Shown: positions 16,260-26,259 of the stretch, piece after piece
How positions within the stretch are numbered: position 1 is the first letter of the stretch
Layout: each line of letters opens with the position of its first letter
UHGV virus genome: UHGV-1362910
Origin: a virus
Direction: 5' to 3' (one strand)
DNA: 40,040 nt
The notes under the pieces: generated by a model
What the model saw: only the letters and a program-made list of their open reading frames with translations
What the model was told of the DNA's origin: nothing
Database searches by the model: none
Translations under genes and position numbers: made by a program

Positions 16260-16406
16260 TTATTCTTTCAATGTTTCCAGTATCTCTGCCTTCTCGTCGT
16301 CTGTCAGGTTCCTGTAACCTTCCAGGATGTCTGCCGGCTCCTCCCCCTGATTCTTCCGAATCTGCAGGGCCCGGATGATGATGTTTTGCTGTATGTTGGA
16401 TAACAT
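16260..16406 (-). CDS. XkdX-like small protein (48 aa)
   Basis: MLSNIQQNIIIRALQIRKNQGEEPADILEGYRNLTDDEKAEILETLKE. The ATG overlaps the upstream TAA (TAATG). Confidence 0.35.
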   Translation of the reverse strand: MLSNIQQNIIIRALQIRKNQGEEPADILEGYRNLTDDEKAEILETLKE

Positions 16407-16708
16407 TACATTGCGCCCCCTATCATGTCTGCCAAGGCAAGTGTAAGCTCCGCATTTTCCCGCTGAAGCTGTTTTACCTGCTGCTCTTGAGTGGGGATAT
16501 ATTCAATAGGTGTTATTCCATCAGCCTTATAAAACACGCCGTCAATATACTTATCCCCTATCTCACAGGGATATTGCGTACAATCCACTGCAAAAGCATC
16601 GTCACCATAGACACACCGTGCCACCCAGTTGGTTTCTTCATGATGCCCTACCACCACATTCTGTATCGTTCTATCATATATCATTGCAAAAACTTCGTGC
16701 GCTATCAT
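16406..16708 (-). CDS. Hypothetical tail-associated protein (100 aa)
   Basis: Track ORF between the Gly-rich fibre and XkdX-like genes. Confidence 0.45.
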   Translation of the reverse strand: MIAHEVFAMIYDRTIQNVVVGHHEETNWVARCVYGDDAFAVDCTQYPCEIGDKYIDGVFYKADGITPIEYIPTQEQQVKQLQRENAELTLALADMIGGAM

Positions 16709-16720
16709 TTAAGTCTCCCC

Positions 16721-17935
16721 TTACTTTAATCGTATAAGAACAACGCCAGAGCCTCCGGGGCCACCAGCAATGGCAGTTCCATAAACGGCTCCGCCACCTC
16801 CGCCTCCGCCTCCGCCAGTGTTGGCAGCACCTGCGTTGCCCGTGCCATTATGTGCCCCGCCTGCACCTCCTCCGCCTGCACCTCCAGCGCCAGGATTGCT
16901 GCGTGAAACTCCACCACCTCCTCCGCCTCCAGCATATAAAGTATTTCCAGCTTCTCCAAAGGCCCTTGTGGTATATCCCTGACTTCCAGTACCAGCACCG
17001 TCTGCATATCCATTGCCGCCAGCATTTATGACTGGTCTTGGTTCCAGGTCATTATATCCTCCGCTCCCTCCCCTGGATCCGCCATATCCTCCACTGGCTC
17101 CGCTGGCCCCATCTCCGCCTTTTCCACCATTGGCCGTGCATAAGACAATGCCTCCTCTTGATACCGATGTTGTCCCACCCGTGCCACCTGGGCCGTTAAT
17201 AGCTGTGTTTTGCCCGCCTCCGTTTCCGATGACGCAATTCATTATCTGGCCGGCAGCCACGCCTATGTTAAGAGCGGTGGCGGTGTACCCACCGCCACCG
17301 CCGCCTCCACCTTGCTCATAGGCAATACTCGTAAACCGGTATCCAGCACCCCCTCCGCCTCCTCCGCCTACACAAAAGATGTCGGCCTGCGTGTAGCCTT
17401 CCGGAATCACATAATTCTGGGTGCCAGTAATGGTAATGACTGCTGGTCCATTTGTCGCACAAACAGCGTATTTAACGGTAGACGGGTCATATACAGGGCT
17501 ATATATTTCACCTAAACTGGTAATTGCATAAGTCAGGGCAGTGAAATAATAGGTTGTATTTAATGCTGGTAAATCCATAAACGCCTGTGACCAGGCTCCC
17601 GGGGCAACATTGTTTCCTGCTCCTGAAAAAATCGCATCCCAAGCCGAAGCATTCCAAGCTGGATATCCGCCTCTACTGGCTTTTATTATTACTCCGCTGT
17701 AAGGTTTCCCTGCCGCCGCATACGGATTCTGCCATTTCAAAAGTACTCTGCGTCCACTGTATGCGGCTACGCTAAAAGACAGTAAACTGTTAACCGTCAT
17801 TCGTCCCGTTCCAGGCTCGTCATTACTGTCGGACGTAACCGCAGTCTCCCCAGCAAGCACATGATCCAGCGTGGCTGTGCACTCGTCACTTCCGGTTCCG
17901 CCTCCGCCCCCGCCTGTCATCAATATTTCTCCCAT
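16721..17935 (-). CDS. Glycine-rich tail fibre-like protein
   Basis: 404 aa with long poly-Gly / GGxGG tracts. It sits in the tail-fibre region after the Tal-like gene. Confidence 0.55.
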   Translation of the reverse strand: MGEILMTGGGGGGTGSDECTATLDHVLAGETAVTSDSNDEPGTGRMTVNSLLSFSVAAYSGRRVLLKWQNPYAAAGKPYSGVIIKASRGGYPAWNASAWDAIFSGAGNNVAPGAWSQAFMDLPALNTTYYFTALTYAITSLGEIYSPVYDPSTVKYAVCATNGPAVITITGTQNYVIPEGYTQADIFCVGGGGGGGAGYRFTSIAYEQGGGGGGGGYTATALNIGVAAGQIMNCVIGNGGGQNTAINGPGGTGGTTSVSRGGIVLCTANGGKGGDGASGASGGYGGSRGGSGGYNDLEPRPVINAGGNGYADGAGTGSQGYTTRAFGEAGNTLYAGGGGGGGVSRSNPGAGGAGGGGAGGAHNGTGNAGAANTGGGGGGGGGAVYGTAIAGGPGGSGVVLIRLK

Positions 17936-17941
17936 CTGTCT

Positions 17942-18385
17942 TTACACTCCTTTCAAGCCCACGGTCATATCAATCGTGGGCTTCTTATTGTAGCATTTAA
18001 ATGTTGCCTGCCCATCTGCCGTGTCCCCATCGTCAATCATCCCAAATGCTTTATTGTACGCTTTCACCATTTCCGGTGTTGCTCCATCTGCAATCACCTT
18101 TACCAGTATGGGGTTATCCTCCGTTGTCAGCCCCTCTACTGGCACAGTCTGGGTATATGGGGCTGCGGCGCTCCATCCAGATGCCTGGAGTGTGACGGGG
18201 ACAACATGGTTCAGGGCATTCACTGCCTTATTCGTGGTGTTAATGTCATTCTGTCCAAACTTATCCCCCTTCTGGGTATATGGAGTGACATCTGCTATCG
18301 TGCAGGTACCATCCTCATTGGTGGCAATCCTCCAAATCCTGGAACCCTCAAAGATGTCGTCCTTATAATCTGTTTTTAAACTCAT
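17942..18385 (-). CDS. Hypothetical tail protein (147 aa)
   Basis: Track ORF in the tail module. Confidence 0.45.
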   Translation of the reverse strand: MSLKTDYKDDIFEGSRIWRIATNEDGTCTIADVTPYTQKGDKFGQNDINTTNKAVNALNHVVPVTLQASGWSAAAPYTQTVPVEGLTTEDNPILVKVIADGATPEMVKAYNKAFGMIDDGDTADGQATFKCYNKKPTIDMTVGLKGV

Positions 18386-18786
18386 TACTCAAATGCACCT
18401 CCATTAAGTGTGAATGCCAGGCGCCTGATTCCTTCGGCCCTTCCTAATATATTCCTGTATATCTTCAGGCAGGCGGATTCAATACGGTTCAGCTCTTGCC
18501 AGTCAATGAATGGGCCGTTGTCATGATAAAACTGCCTCTCTCCTACATTGAAGGGGAATGTCCCTACGCAGACGTGGTCTATATTGGCCTCAAAGTGGTT
18601 AATTTCATCTGCATAGAAGCCGTAATCCTGATATGTCTTATCCGCTCCCATTTCCTCAAATTCAAAGTCTGGCCACAGGGTAAGGGCCTGGGCGCGTATC
18701 TCATTGATATTGCCCTTGATGCGGTTATAATCTCCGATATTAAAATAATCACCGGACTGCCAGTCTGTTTTTGGCTGTTGCCACAT
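18385..18786 (-). CDS. Hypothetical tail protein (133 aa)
   Basis: Track ORF in the tail module. Confidence 0.45.
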   Translation of the reverse strand: MWQQPKTDWQSGDYFNIGDYNRIKGNINEIRAQALTLWPDFEFEEMGADKTYQDYGFYADEINHFEANIDHVCVGTFPFNVGERQFYHDNGPFIDWQELNRIESACLKIYRNILGRAEGIRRLAFTLNGGAFE

Positions 18787-21511
18787 AACTCATGTCCCTC
18801 CTCGCTTTAATGGTCCCGCTCAGTCCACCATTGAATTTCAAAGTATGGTCCGTCACCCGTATCAATAAATTCGGAACATACTTATTTTCCAGAAAGGCAA
18901 TGTCATTGGCATCTATCCTGGGCTCCCCACGATACTGCAGGTCGTATTCCCGGTCTGATTTCATATAGTCCCCAATCCAATCCGCCAAATCCGCAGCCTG
19001 GACCGTGTCGGACACAAGCGGATTGTTCCACGTCTCCAGGCTGCCAGTAGGATTTAACTGTCTGCTTACCTTAGACTGGGTAATAATATATTCCCTACCT
19101 GTCACAGCCACCTCTGTCGCCCCTGTGATTCCTGTAAGCTCCACCATTGCGTAATAGGCACTACTTTTCACAATCTCACACCCATATTTCGGAATACTTG
19201 CAGTTCCAGTGAAATAGTCGATAAACTTATCACACCACTCTGTATCCGGTTCGTTCCCCGTTCCCCAAGCTGCTGTCAAATCCACCAAAAGAAGCGAATC
19301 TACATAAAGTCTTTTATTTCCATAGGTATAAATTCTTAAATCCCATTCACCAGCTGACCCTATCATTTCAATGGCCGATTTGGTATGCCATACTCCATCT
19401 GGAGTGATAGCCTCTGGACGTAGATTAATATTGAACAATTCTCTATCGGCAGTCATCCTGACCATATCGCATTCATCATTTCCAGAGTATGCCCCGGGAG
19501 ATTCCTCCCGCATGAAATTCCCCCTCAGGTAATATTTATGTCCTGATATCATCTGCATAGTTTGCACCACAACGACCGCGTTTCCATCTTCGGATACAAC
19601 GTATGCACATTTCCTGACTGCATCATACTGTGCATTGAGCCATCCAGTCACCCCGGTATCAAAAGAACTGTTCTGAACCATGTTGGTTGCTTCTACATAA
19701 ACCGGAATGAATGCCTTTAAATCATAGGATGGATTAGAAAAATAAAACATGTATCGGTTGTTTAAAGAAGTTTTGTTTATGGTCTCCCTCACAAGTTCCT
19801 TTGCATCCTCTGTATTGAGATTGTATATGGTACGTACCACCTGCAGCTCCCTGACTCTGGTCAGTTGCGTGCCCTTTGGGGTCTTGGTCAGTTCCACTCC
19901 ATACTCAAGGATATAATCCGTACTGTCACCGAAGGTTATGTTATCCAGGACCACGCGATTATTTGGGCATCCCCGGACAAATTCCAGCTCCAGGAAGTCA
20001 AATTCCGGGAACTCATGACTGACTACATAGGTCTGGGTGAGTCCTGAAACCACGTAATCCTCCTGCAATGCACCATTGTTGTAGGCATGGAACACAACCG
20101 TATCCGGACAGTCCTGTCCGAATTCCAGGGTCAGTCCAAAACACTTATATGCCGCCTCCATGGTTATGCTCACTGTGGGGTTATCCGTAAACAGTCCGTT
20201 TCCTTCGGCGACGGCCTCAGACACATAGCCCGTGTTAAGATATGTAATTCCATCGGTCTGCCTGGGAAGGAAATACTGTCCACCGGATGCGCCTGTGTAA
20301 TCCTGACCAGACAGGGCATACGTTTTCTTTTCCGTATGGTCCAGAATGGCAGCAGTGTGGGAAAAGTAGGTCTCGTTATCAGACGCCGCTGACATGTCCG
20401 GTACAAAACTGGATTTAAGAATTATCCTGCCGGCCCGGTCCTGATACAGGATACATCTGCCAGCATTAGCAATCAGCTGCAGGGCTTCCTTATGCATTAC
20501 TACCGGCATCGGGTTGACCACCAGAACATCCTTAAGATATGGATCTATCCAGTAGTTCCGGTAATCCACCTGGGCATCCGTCAGGACGTCCACTGCTATG
20601 TCATACAGGCTCATACCATTCGGATGGTACTGGCCGCGGTAATATGTACTGTCCATCCCATCAAAACAATCCGATGCTTGGAAGTCCATTTCCGTATCAT
20701 CAGCTGACCATGATTTCAGTGCGAGTGATGTCCCCGGAATCCACTCAATCGTCCCATCATCCATGGCTTGACCATAAAGGACCTCAACTTGTTGGCCAAT
20801 CTCCAAAAAGTTTACCGTGCTCTCCTCATTCTCCACGTCATAGGCCCTGTCCTTGTTATCCACGGTCACATCAAAATCAATAGTGGGCAGCTCCTCCGAT
20901 ATCGGACTGATATGCTCTTTCTTAGTTGCAGACAATATTTTCTTGCTGTCAAAATAGACGCCTATGCCCATGGTAATCTGATTGATGCGGAACCGACTCC
21001 GTCCATTGACCATGGCTGCTGGCACAAACCTTAGGAAAGTAGCTCCCTCAAAAATCTCCTCCGTCACATAATGGCCATCCGTATTATTCGTTACATTCAA
21101 GGTCCGGTTGTCTGAAATGATGATAAAATCTACGGGATATGCCTTGCCAAATTCCACGGTCAGCCCCTTAATGTCATATTGAACGGGAAACCGGATTTCA
21201 ATTTCCCCCTGAAGGCCATCCGTCACGATTCCCTGATTGAGCACCACGTCTGCTGCATCTTTGGGAAGGAAATACATGCTGCCATCCACCGTGGTATAGT
21301 CCTGGTCACAGGTTGCATATAGCTCCTGTACCTTGTAGTTATCCATAGGCTTTACTAGGTCGGAATAATAAGTATACACATCCCGCTCAGGTATGTAAGC
21401 GGATGCCTGGGCCTGCTGGTTAATCAGGCCGATGGTGACACGCAGGTAAGACAGTGGGTTCCTCCACTTCCTGCGCATCATGTCCTTATATTCATTACTT
21501 GCCGCCTGCAT
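18749..21511 (-). CDS. Tail-associated large protein (Tal / tail endopeptidase-like, 920 aa)
   Basis: Called from its position after the Dit-like gene and tape measure and from its size. No lysin motif was recognised. Confidence 0.55.
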   Translation of the reverse strand: MQAASNEYKDMMRRKWRNPLSYLRVTIGLINQQAQASAYIPERDVYTYYSDLVKPMDNYKVQELYATCDQDYTTVDGSMYFLPKDAADVVLNQGIVTDGLQGEIEIRFPVQYDIKGLTVEFGKAYPVDFIIISDNRTLNVTNNTDGHYVTEEIFEGATFLRFVPAAMVNGRSRFRINQITMGIGVYFDSKKILSATKKEHISPISEELPTIDFDVTVDNKDRAYDVENEESTVNFLEIGQQVEVLYGQAMDDGTIEWIPGTSLALKSWSADDTEMDFQASDCFDGMDSTYYRGQYHPNGMSLYDIAVDVLTDAQVDYRNYWIDPYLKDVLVVNPMPVVMHKEALQLIANAGRCILYQDRAGRIILKSSFVPDMSAASDNETYFSHTAAILDHTEKKTYALSGQDYTGASGGQYFLPRQTDGITYLNTGYVSEAVAEGNGLFTDNPTVSITMEAAYKCFGLTLEFGQDCPDTVVFHAYNNGALQEDYVVSGLTQTYVVSHEFPEFDFLELEFVRGCPNNRVVLDNITFGDSTDYILEYGVELTKTPKGTQLTRVRELQVVRTIYNLNTEDAKELVRETINKTSLNNRYMFYFSNPSYDLKAFIPVYVEATNMVQNSSFDTGVTGWLNAQYDAVRKCAYVVSEDGNAVVVVQTMQMISGHKYYLRGNFMREESPGAYSGNDECDMVRMTADRELFNINLRPEAITPDGVWHTKSAIEMIGSAGEWDLRIYTYGNKRLYVDSLLLVDLTAAWGTGNEPDTEWCDKFIDYFTGTASIPKYGCEIVKSSAYYAMVELTGITGATEVAVTGREYIITQSKVSRQLNPTGSLETWNNPLVSDTVQAADLADWIGDYMKSDREYDLQYRGEPRIDANDIAFLENKYVPNLLIRVTDHTLKFNGGLSGTIKARRDMSYVATAKNRLAVR

Positions 21512-21885
21512 TACTCCATCACCCCGCAGTCTATCAGGTTCACCTTACAGTCTTTATATATGGTGGGCAGCCCATCCGGACCTATCTCATCTATCTTGGC
21601 CGTCCGGTTCCCCGGATACATCCGCTCTGTTTTCCAGCAGTTGTTTTTCATGTCCGGAAACTTGACCGTCACCACAAACTCCTCAAACTCTTTCAGGATG
21701 CTGCTCCAGGTCGCCGCATCCAGATAGGACCACTGCAGGCCGTCAATCTTATCCTGGTCACGGCCCACGCGCTGCCCTACGAATTCCCCCAGGGCGTTCT
21801 TTCCCTGGTTCACGTTCGTAGCAATGGTTAGGCCTGGACCCCGGTCATAGTTTGGATATTCATGTCCATTGATATAGATTGGCAC
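21511..21885 (-). CDS. Distal tail protein (Dit)-like
   Basis: First ORF after the tape measure (124 aa); the call is positional. Confidence 0.4.
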   Translation of the reverse strand: MPIYINGHEYPNYDRGPGLTIATNVNQGKNALGEFVGQRVGRDQDKIDGLQWSYLDAATWSSILKEFEEFVVTVKFPDMKNNCWKTERMYPGNRTAKIDEIGPDGLPTIYKDCKVNLIDCGVME

Positions 21886-21899
21886 TTAGTCCACCTCCT

Positions 21900-24800
21900 T
21901 TATGTAGTCCGCATAGTGTATCCATTACGCTTATCCAGTTCCACTAATTTCTTCTTTATCTCCCGGATGTCGATATTGACCGTCAAGTCCATCTGCTCTA
22001 TCAGGTCAATGATACGCTGTAGCAGGTCTACCATGATGGACAGATACTGCTCACTCATGCCATTACTGCTTGTTTGGGAAGCTAAAGCTACCGCCCGGTC
22101 CACCATTTCCTGCATCTTATCCTCGGGCGCTACAATCTCGCCATAGTGCCTGTTATCACCTATCATGGCCAGCTGCGGGGTGTTGGCGCGGACAAAACCG
22201 CCCTGGGCCAGACGCGGAAGATGGATGTTTGGTATATTCGGGATAAAATCAGCGCCGATGCCTGGTACCTTATCCGCCACCTCATTTACGGCGTCTATCA
22301 TGGCATTAATTGCATCAATAACCCTGTTGGCCATGCTTTCTACACCATTGATAATCAGGTTGATGATACCCTTTATATCTGCCCAGATACCGTCCCAGGT
22401 TTCTTTTGTCTTTGTTCTCACCGTATCCCAGACCCCGGCAATAGCATCTTTTATGGCCGTGAACTTCTCATCCACTGCTGTCTTGATTGTATCCCACAGA
22501 TTTGATACGAATTCCTTAATGGATTCCCATATTTCTGATGTCTTACTCTTGACATTCTCCCAGGCCGTGCTGATGGATGTCTTGATAGCATTGAATAATG
22601 TATTGGCCAGAGACTTAAGCCAGTTCCAAAGAGTATTCAAAAGTGTCTTGATTCCGTTCCAGATGGTACTGGTTGCTCCAGATATAGCAGTCCACGCCAG
22701 GTTAACAACATTTTGAATGAATGTTACTGCACCAGAAACGAGCTCTTTCAATGCCTCCCAAATACCGGTGAATATTTCCTTGATTCCTTCCCACGCAAGA
22801 CTCCAGTCACCAGTGAACACACCAACAACGAAGTCAATTACACCGCCAAGTGCTGTGAGCAATCCTTCTATGATACCCGAAACGGATTCCCAGAAACCAA
22901 AGAATGTATCAATGGCGGCTTGTAGGCATGAAGCTATGACCGGTGCCACATTGGACATAAACCATTCAATGAATGGCTGTAGAGCTCCGGTCCATAATTT
23001 TGTGACCGCATCTGCTACTTTTCCACCAAATTCCAAGAATTTATCAATCAGCGAGCTGAGATACTGGTCTTTAAATTCCACAAACCGCGTTGACAAATTC
23101 TGTAACACCGGAAGTACATAGGTGTTATACAGGTCAAGCCATAGAGTGGCTATTTCTGTAAATCCTTGCTTAAAGGTTGTAAACATAGGGGCTAGATATG
23201 CATTGTAATAATCCCCAACCTTTTGAAAATATTCACATAGTAAATCTTTTGTAGCTGAAAAAATAGGTTCTATTGCCCCAAATGTATCTTCTAACGAAGT
23301 CTTTATAAGGTCTGCATTATCAATAAACGGTGCCGTTATAACATCCATTAAATCAACTGCAAGCGTTCCGATATACTCCGTGGCCCCCATAAATGCTTCG
23401 GCAAATATTCCGATAATATCTGCTGTAATCTGCTTCGCACTGTTGCTGCGCAGGGAGGAAAACACTGTTGCCAAGGACTTGGAAAAATTACCGCTTATCT
23501 GGGCAACCCGAGAGCCGATATTAAGCATGGATACAATATACTCTTTTATCCGCTCGCTATTCTGTAGCAGAAAAAGACTAATCCCACCCAGCAGGTTATC
23601 CGCTATAGATGCCCCTATGCTGGCGGCAGAGCCAGCAACCTTACCCAGATTAATGGCCAGGATATTGGCAAACCGATTGGCAGCCTGTTGCACCTCCGGA
23701 GATGTGAATATCTCCGTCAGGCTGTCCTTGATGCTCTGGATGGATTCCTTCATGCTGCCCAGGACGCTGGTATCACCAAAACCAACCTTGAACCCTGCCA
23801 TGAACAGATTCTTAAGCTGATTGGCTTTCTCAATCAGCCCGGCATATTTACTATCCATTTCATCTACGGCCGAGGTATCAAGCTCACCCATATCGAACTC
23901 GTCCGCAGAATACCCTCCATCAGCTCCACCTCCGGAACCACTGCCTCCAGAATCGGTATCAGGGTTAATAATATTAAGCTCATCAATGCCTGTGCTGACA
24001 CTTTTCATGTCTTTAGCAGCCTTCTTAGCAGCCCCGCCGGCTCCTCCTGCAGCTGCTCCTGCCTTATCCGCAGATTGGGCCATTGCATCCATACCGGCCG
24101 TGGCAGCGGATGCACCGCCCCCGCCCTTCTTCCCGGTTACCATCTCCGTGAATGCCTTGAAGGCATTGGCCAGGCTCATTAGCTTACTAATGATGCGGTT
24201 GATTACCTGGATGACCGGTGTCAGTACATTAATGAGTCCTTGTCCGATTGTGGCTTTAAGGCTGTCAAACTGCAGCTTTAGGACACGCACTTGGTTTGCC
24301 CAGCCATCCGCCGTCCGAATGAAATCACCGGAAGCCAATGCCAGCTGGTCTTGCACGAACTTATACCGCAGGGCCACCTTCTCAGCCTCAGACATCTTAG
24401 CCGTTACCTTGCCATAGCCGTTCGCCAGGGCATAACTGTCCAGGGCGCTCTGGGTCATGACGATGCCCAGGTCCTTAAGGGTCTCTGTTTCACCCGTGAA
24501 CACGGATTTCAGCTTTGTATAGGCCTCGTCCTGGCTAATGTTGTAGAAGGACGCCACGTCCCCAGCCAGACCAGTCAAGGTCGTGGACATCTCATAGGCT
24601 GCCTGTTCACCAAAACCGAATGCTTTAGCCATTGCGCCGAAGGTGCCAGTAAACCTCTTAGCCATGGTCTCGGACAGGCCGAAGGAGGTTATGGCGTTCT
24701 TGGCAAAGTCGTCCACCTGTTTGGACATACGTGGGAACGTGACATCCACCACATTCTGGACTTCCGCCAGGTCGGACCCCAATTCAATACACTGTGCGCC

Positions 24801-24950
24801 GAAGTCTATGATTTTCTTTACTGCAAACGCCGCCGCGAGAGCAGCTCCCGCCTTTTTAGCCAGCCCCTGTATTCCGGCCATCTGCTGTTTAAATTGATTC
24901 TGGTTGACCACAAGGTCAAGGCCAATCTGGCCTACGCTGTCAGCTGCCAT
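21900..24950 (-). CDS. Tail tape measure protein
   Basis: About 1016 aa with Ala/Gly-rich low complexity and many W/F-x10 periodic repeats (AWTAISGATSTIWNGIKTLLNTLWNWLK...). The ATG at 24950 follows AAAAGGCAGGTGA. Confidence 0.8.
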   Translation of the reverse strand: MAADSVGQIGLDLVVNQNQFKQQMAGIQGLAKKAGAALAAAFAVKKIIDFGAQCIELGSDLAEVQNVVDVTFPRMSKQVDDFAKNAITSFGLSETMAKRFTGTFGAMAKAFGFGEQAAYEMSTTLTGLAGDVASFYNISQDEAYTKLKSVFTGETETLKDLGIVMTQSALDSYALANGYGKVTAKMSEAEKVALRYKFVQDQLALASGDFIRTADGWANQVRVLKLQFDSLKATIGQGLINVLTPVIQVINRIISKLMSLANAFKAFTEMVTGKKGGGGASAATAGMDAMAQSADKAGAAAGGAGGAAKKAAKDMKSVSTGIDELNIINPDTDSGGSGSGGGADGGYSADEFDMGELDTSAVDEMDSKYAGLIEKANQLKNLFMAGFKVGFGDTSVLGSMKESIQSIKDSLTEIFTSPEVQQAANRFANILAINLGKVAGSAASIGASIADNLLGGISLFLLQNSERIKEYIVSMLNIGSRVAQISGNFSKSLATVFSSLRSNSAKQITADIIGIFAEAFMGATEYIGTLAVDLMDVITAPFIDNADLIKTSLEDTFGAIEPIFSATKDLLCEYFQKVGDYYNAYLAPMFTTFKQGFTEIATLWLDLYNTYVLPVLQNLSTRFVEFKDQYLSSLIDKFLEFGGKVADAVTKLWTGALQPFIEWFMSNVAPVIASCLQAAIDTFFGFWESVSGIIEGLLTALGGVIDFVVGVFTGDWSLAWEGIKEIFTGIWEALKELVSGAVTFIQNVVNLAWTAISGATSTIWNGIKTLLNTLWNWLKSLANTLFNAIKTSISTAWENVKSKTSEIWESIKEFVSNLWDTIKTAVDEKFTAIKDAIAGVWDTVRTKTKETWDGIWADIKGIINLIINGVESMANRVIDAINAMIDAVNEVADKVPGIGADFIPNIPNIHLPRLAQGGFVRANTPQLAMIGDNRHYGEIVAPEDKMQEMVDRAVALASQTSSNGMSEQYLSIMVDLLQRIIDLIEQMDLTVNIDIREIKKKLVELDKRNGYTMRTT

Positions 24951-24992
24951 ACATATCACCTGCCTTTTAATTCAAAAGCAGGCTCTGGCTCG

Positions 24993-25208
24993 CTACTCCT
25001 TTGGTGCGGCTCTAGGCTCTGTCATTTTTATATCCAACCTGTTTATGGTTTTACATCTGGGACATTTAATTTCCCCCTTAACGTATTCCGCCAGGAGAAG
25101 GGTCTGTCCACACCTTACACATCTTATTTTCTCAATCTTAACCACCTCCGCACATAGCCGCAAACATCTTCTCCAGGCCGGCCATTTCCTTCTCGAAGGT
25201 TTCCTCAT
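24993..25208 (-). CDS. Zinc-ribbon mini-ORF (CVRCG-x14-CPRCK) between the chaperone T and tape measure genes
   Basis: The frame is open across the intergenic gap with two CxxC pairs. There is no canonical start after the T stop, and the upstream ATG lies inside T, so the call is doubtful. Confidence 0.25.
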   Translation of the reverse strand: MRKPSRRKWPAWRRCLRLCAEVVKIEKIRCVRCGQTLLLAEYVKGEIKCPRCKTINRLDIKMTEPRAAPKE

Positions 25209-25458
25209 CCATTTCTTTCATTTCCCGGTTACGCCAATCGTCATATATACAGCGCTGGTCCTTAGTGTAATGCTTGATGATATCCTTATCCGTTTCGGAC
25301 CGGATGGCTACCACACGGCCTAATGCAGTCTCCGGGGACAGGCCGGCAATCAGCGCCTTGAATTCGTCCCAGGAGACTGTTTCAAATTCCTTCGTCCTGA
25401 TTCTTAACCCGTACTGCGACAAAAAACTGGAGACTATCAGGTCCCAGTCCTCAAACAT
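25138..25458 (-). CDS. Tail assembly chaperone T-segment (gpT-like), in the +1 frame relative to G
   Basis: Its frame is open 25 codons upstream of its ATG and overlaps the 3' end of G (25472..25774). Confidence 0.5.
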   Translation of the reverse strand: MFEDWDLIVSSFLSQYGLRIRTKEFETVSWDEFKALIAGLSPETALGRVVAIRSETDKDIIKHYTKDQRCIYDDWRNREMKEMDEETFEKEMAGLEKMFAAMCGGG

Positions 25459-25471
25459 ATCGTAGTACGGG

Positions 25472-25774
25472 TCACTGCTCTCCCCCGGCAGGTTCCTCCA
25501 TGCCGGAAATGAGCTGGACCGCTTCCTGCACTACAATAATCAAGTCATTGAATCCCAGTTTCATCCTCTCTATCTCTTTCTTGGACTTTTCTGGGAACAT
25601 CATGTCGTAGGCCTCCAGGATTTCCTGTGCACCAGGGTCATTAGCCGACATCAGTCCCATGACCTTAAGCATGGTCGGGGCATCCGCATTCACGTCTATG
25701 GCCTTTCCCTTGATTACCAGGGATGGATTCCCTTCAAAACTCAATTTATCTGTGATATCTACTTTCCTTGCCAT
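25472..25774 (-). CDS. Tail assembly chaperone G
   Basis: 100 aa between the major tail and tape measure genes; it ends ...GGEQ* with GGGGGAG CAG TGA C. Confidence 0.55.
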   Translation of the reverse strand: MARKVDITDKLSFEGNPSLVIKGKAIDVNADAPTMLKVMGLMSANDPGAQEILEAYDMMFPEKSKKEIERMKLGFNDLIIVVQEAVQLISGMEEPAGGEQ

Positions 25775-25787
25775 TCGTTATTCCTCC

Positions 25788-26249
25788 TTATGCTCCTGGT
25801 GTGGGTGCCGGTGTAAATGTCGGGGCGCCATATCCCGTCACTTCAAATTCCAGGGTGTCAATGTTGGTTGTATCACCGCCGCCCGGAGTGGTCACATTCA
25901 CAACCACGTCACAGGCCAGCTTTGCGCCGGATACCATGGTCCACTCAAACTTCGTCATGACGTCCTGTCCGAACTTCCAGGCCAGGCCGGCAATATAGTC
26001 ATTGGCCGGGTCACCTACTGACCTCTTTCCTTTGAAGGAAAATCCCAGCTTTTTTCCTGTCATGGCTGCTTTTGCCCAGCCCTTCGCATCCATGGCATAC
26101 CATTCCTCTACGGTACCGTCAATGGACGGAGCGAAATTCTCCAAATCTAACGGTACAGCCATATTCTCCTCTGTGCTTTCAAGGCCTTTTATGCCAAACT
26201 TAAACACATTGTTATGCACCGGATAAACTTTTCCTGCTGCATCTGCCAT
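25788..26249 (-). CDS. Major tail protein
   Basis: 153 aa immediately upstream of the G/T chaperones, with a TP901/phi13-like composition. Confidence 0.6.
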   Translation of the reverse strand: MADAAGKVYPVHNNVFKFGIKGLESTEENMAVPLDLENFAPSIDGTVEEWYAMDAKGWAKAAMTGKKLGFSFKGKRSVGDPANDYIAGLAWKFGQDVMTKFEWTMVSGAKLACDVVVNVTTPGGGDTTNIDTLEFEVTGYGAPTFTPAPTPGA

Positions 26250-26259
26250 ATCTCATTCC

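Noticed and set aside
16726-17025. 99-aa ORF inside the glycine-rich fibre gene, and the repetitive CTCCGCCTCC DNA there
   Set aside because: It is an alternate frame of the GGN-repeat coding sequence. The DNA repeats are coding repeats, not a CRISPR array, because no regular spacers are present.
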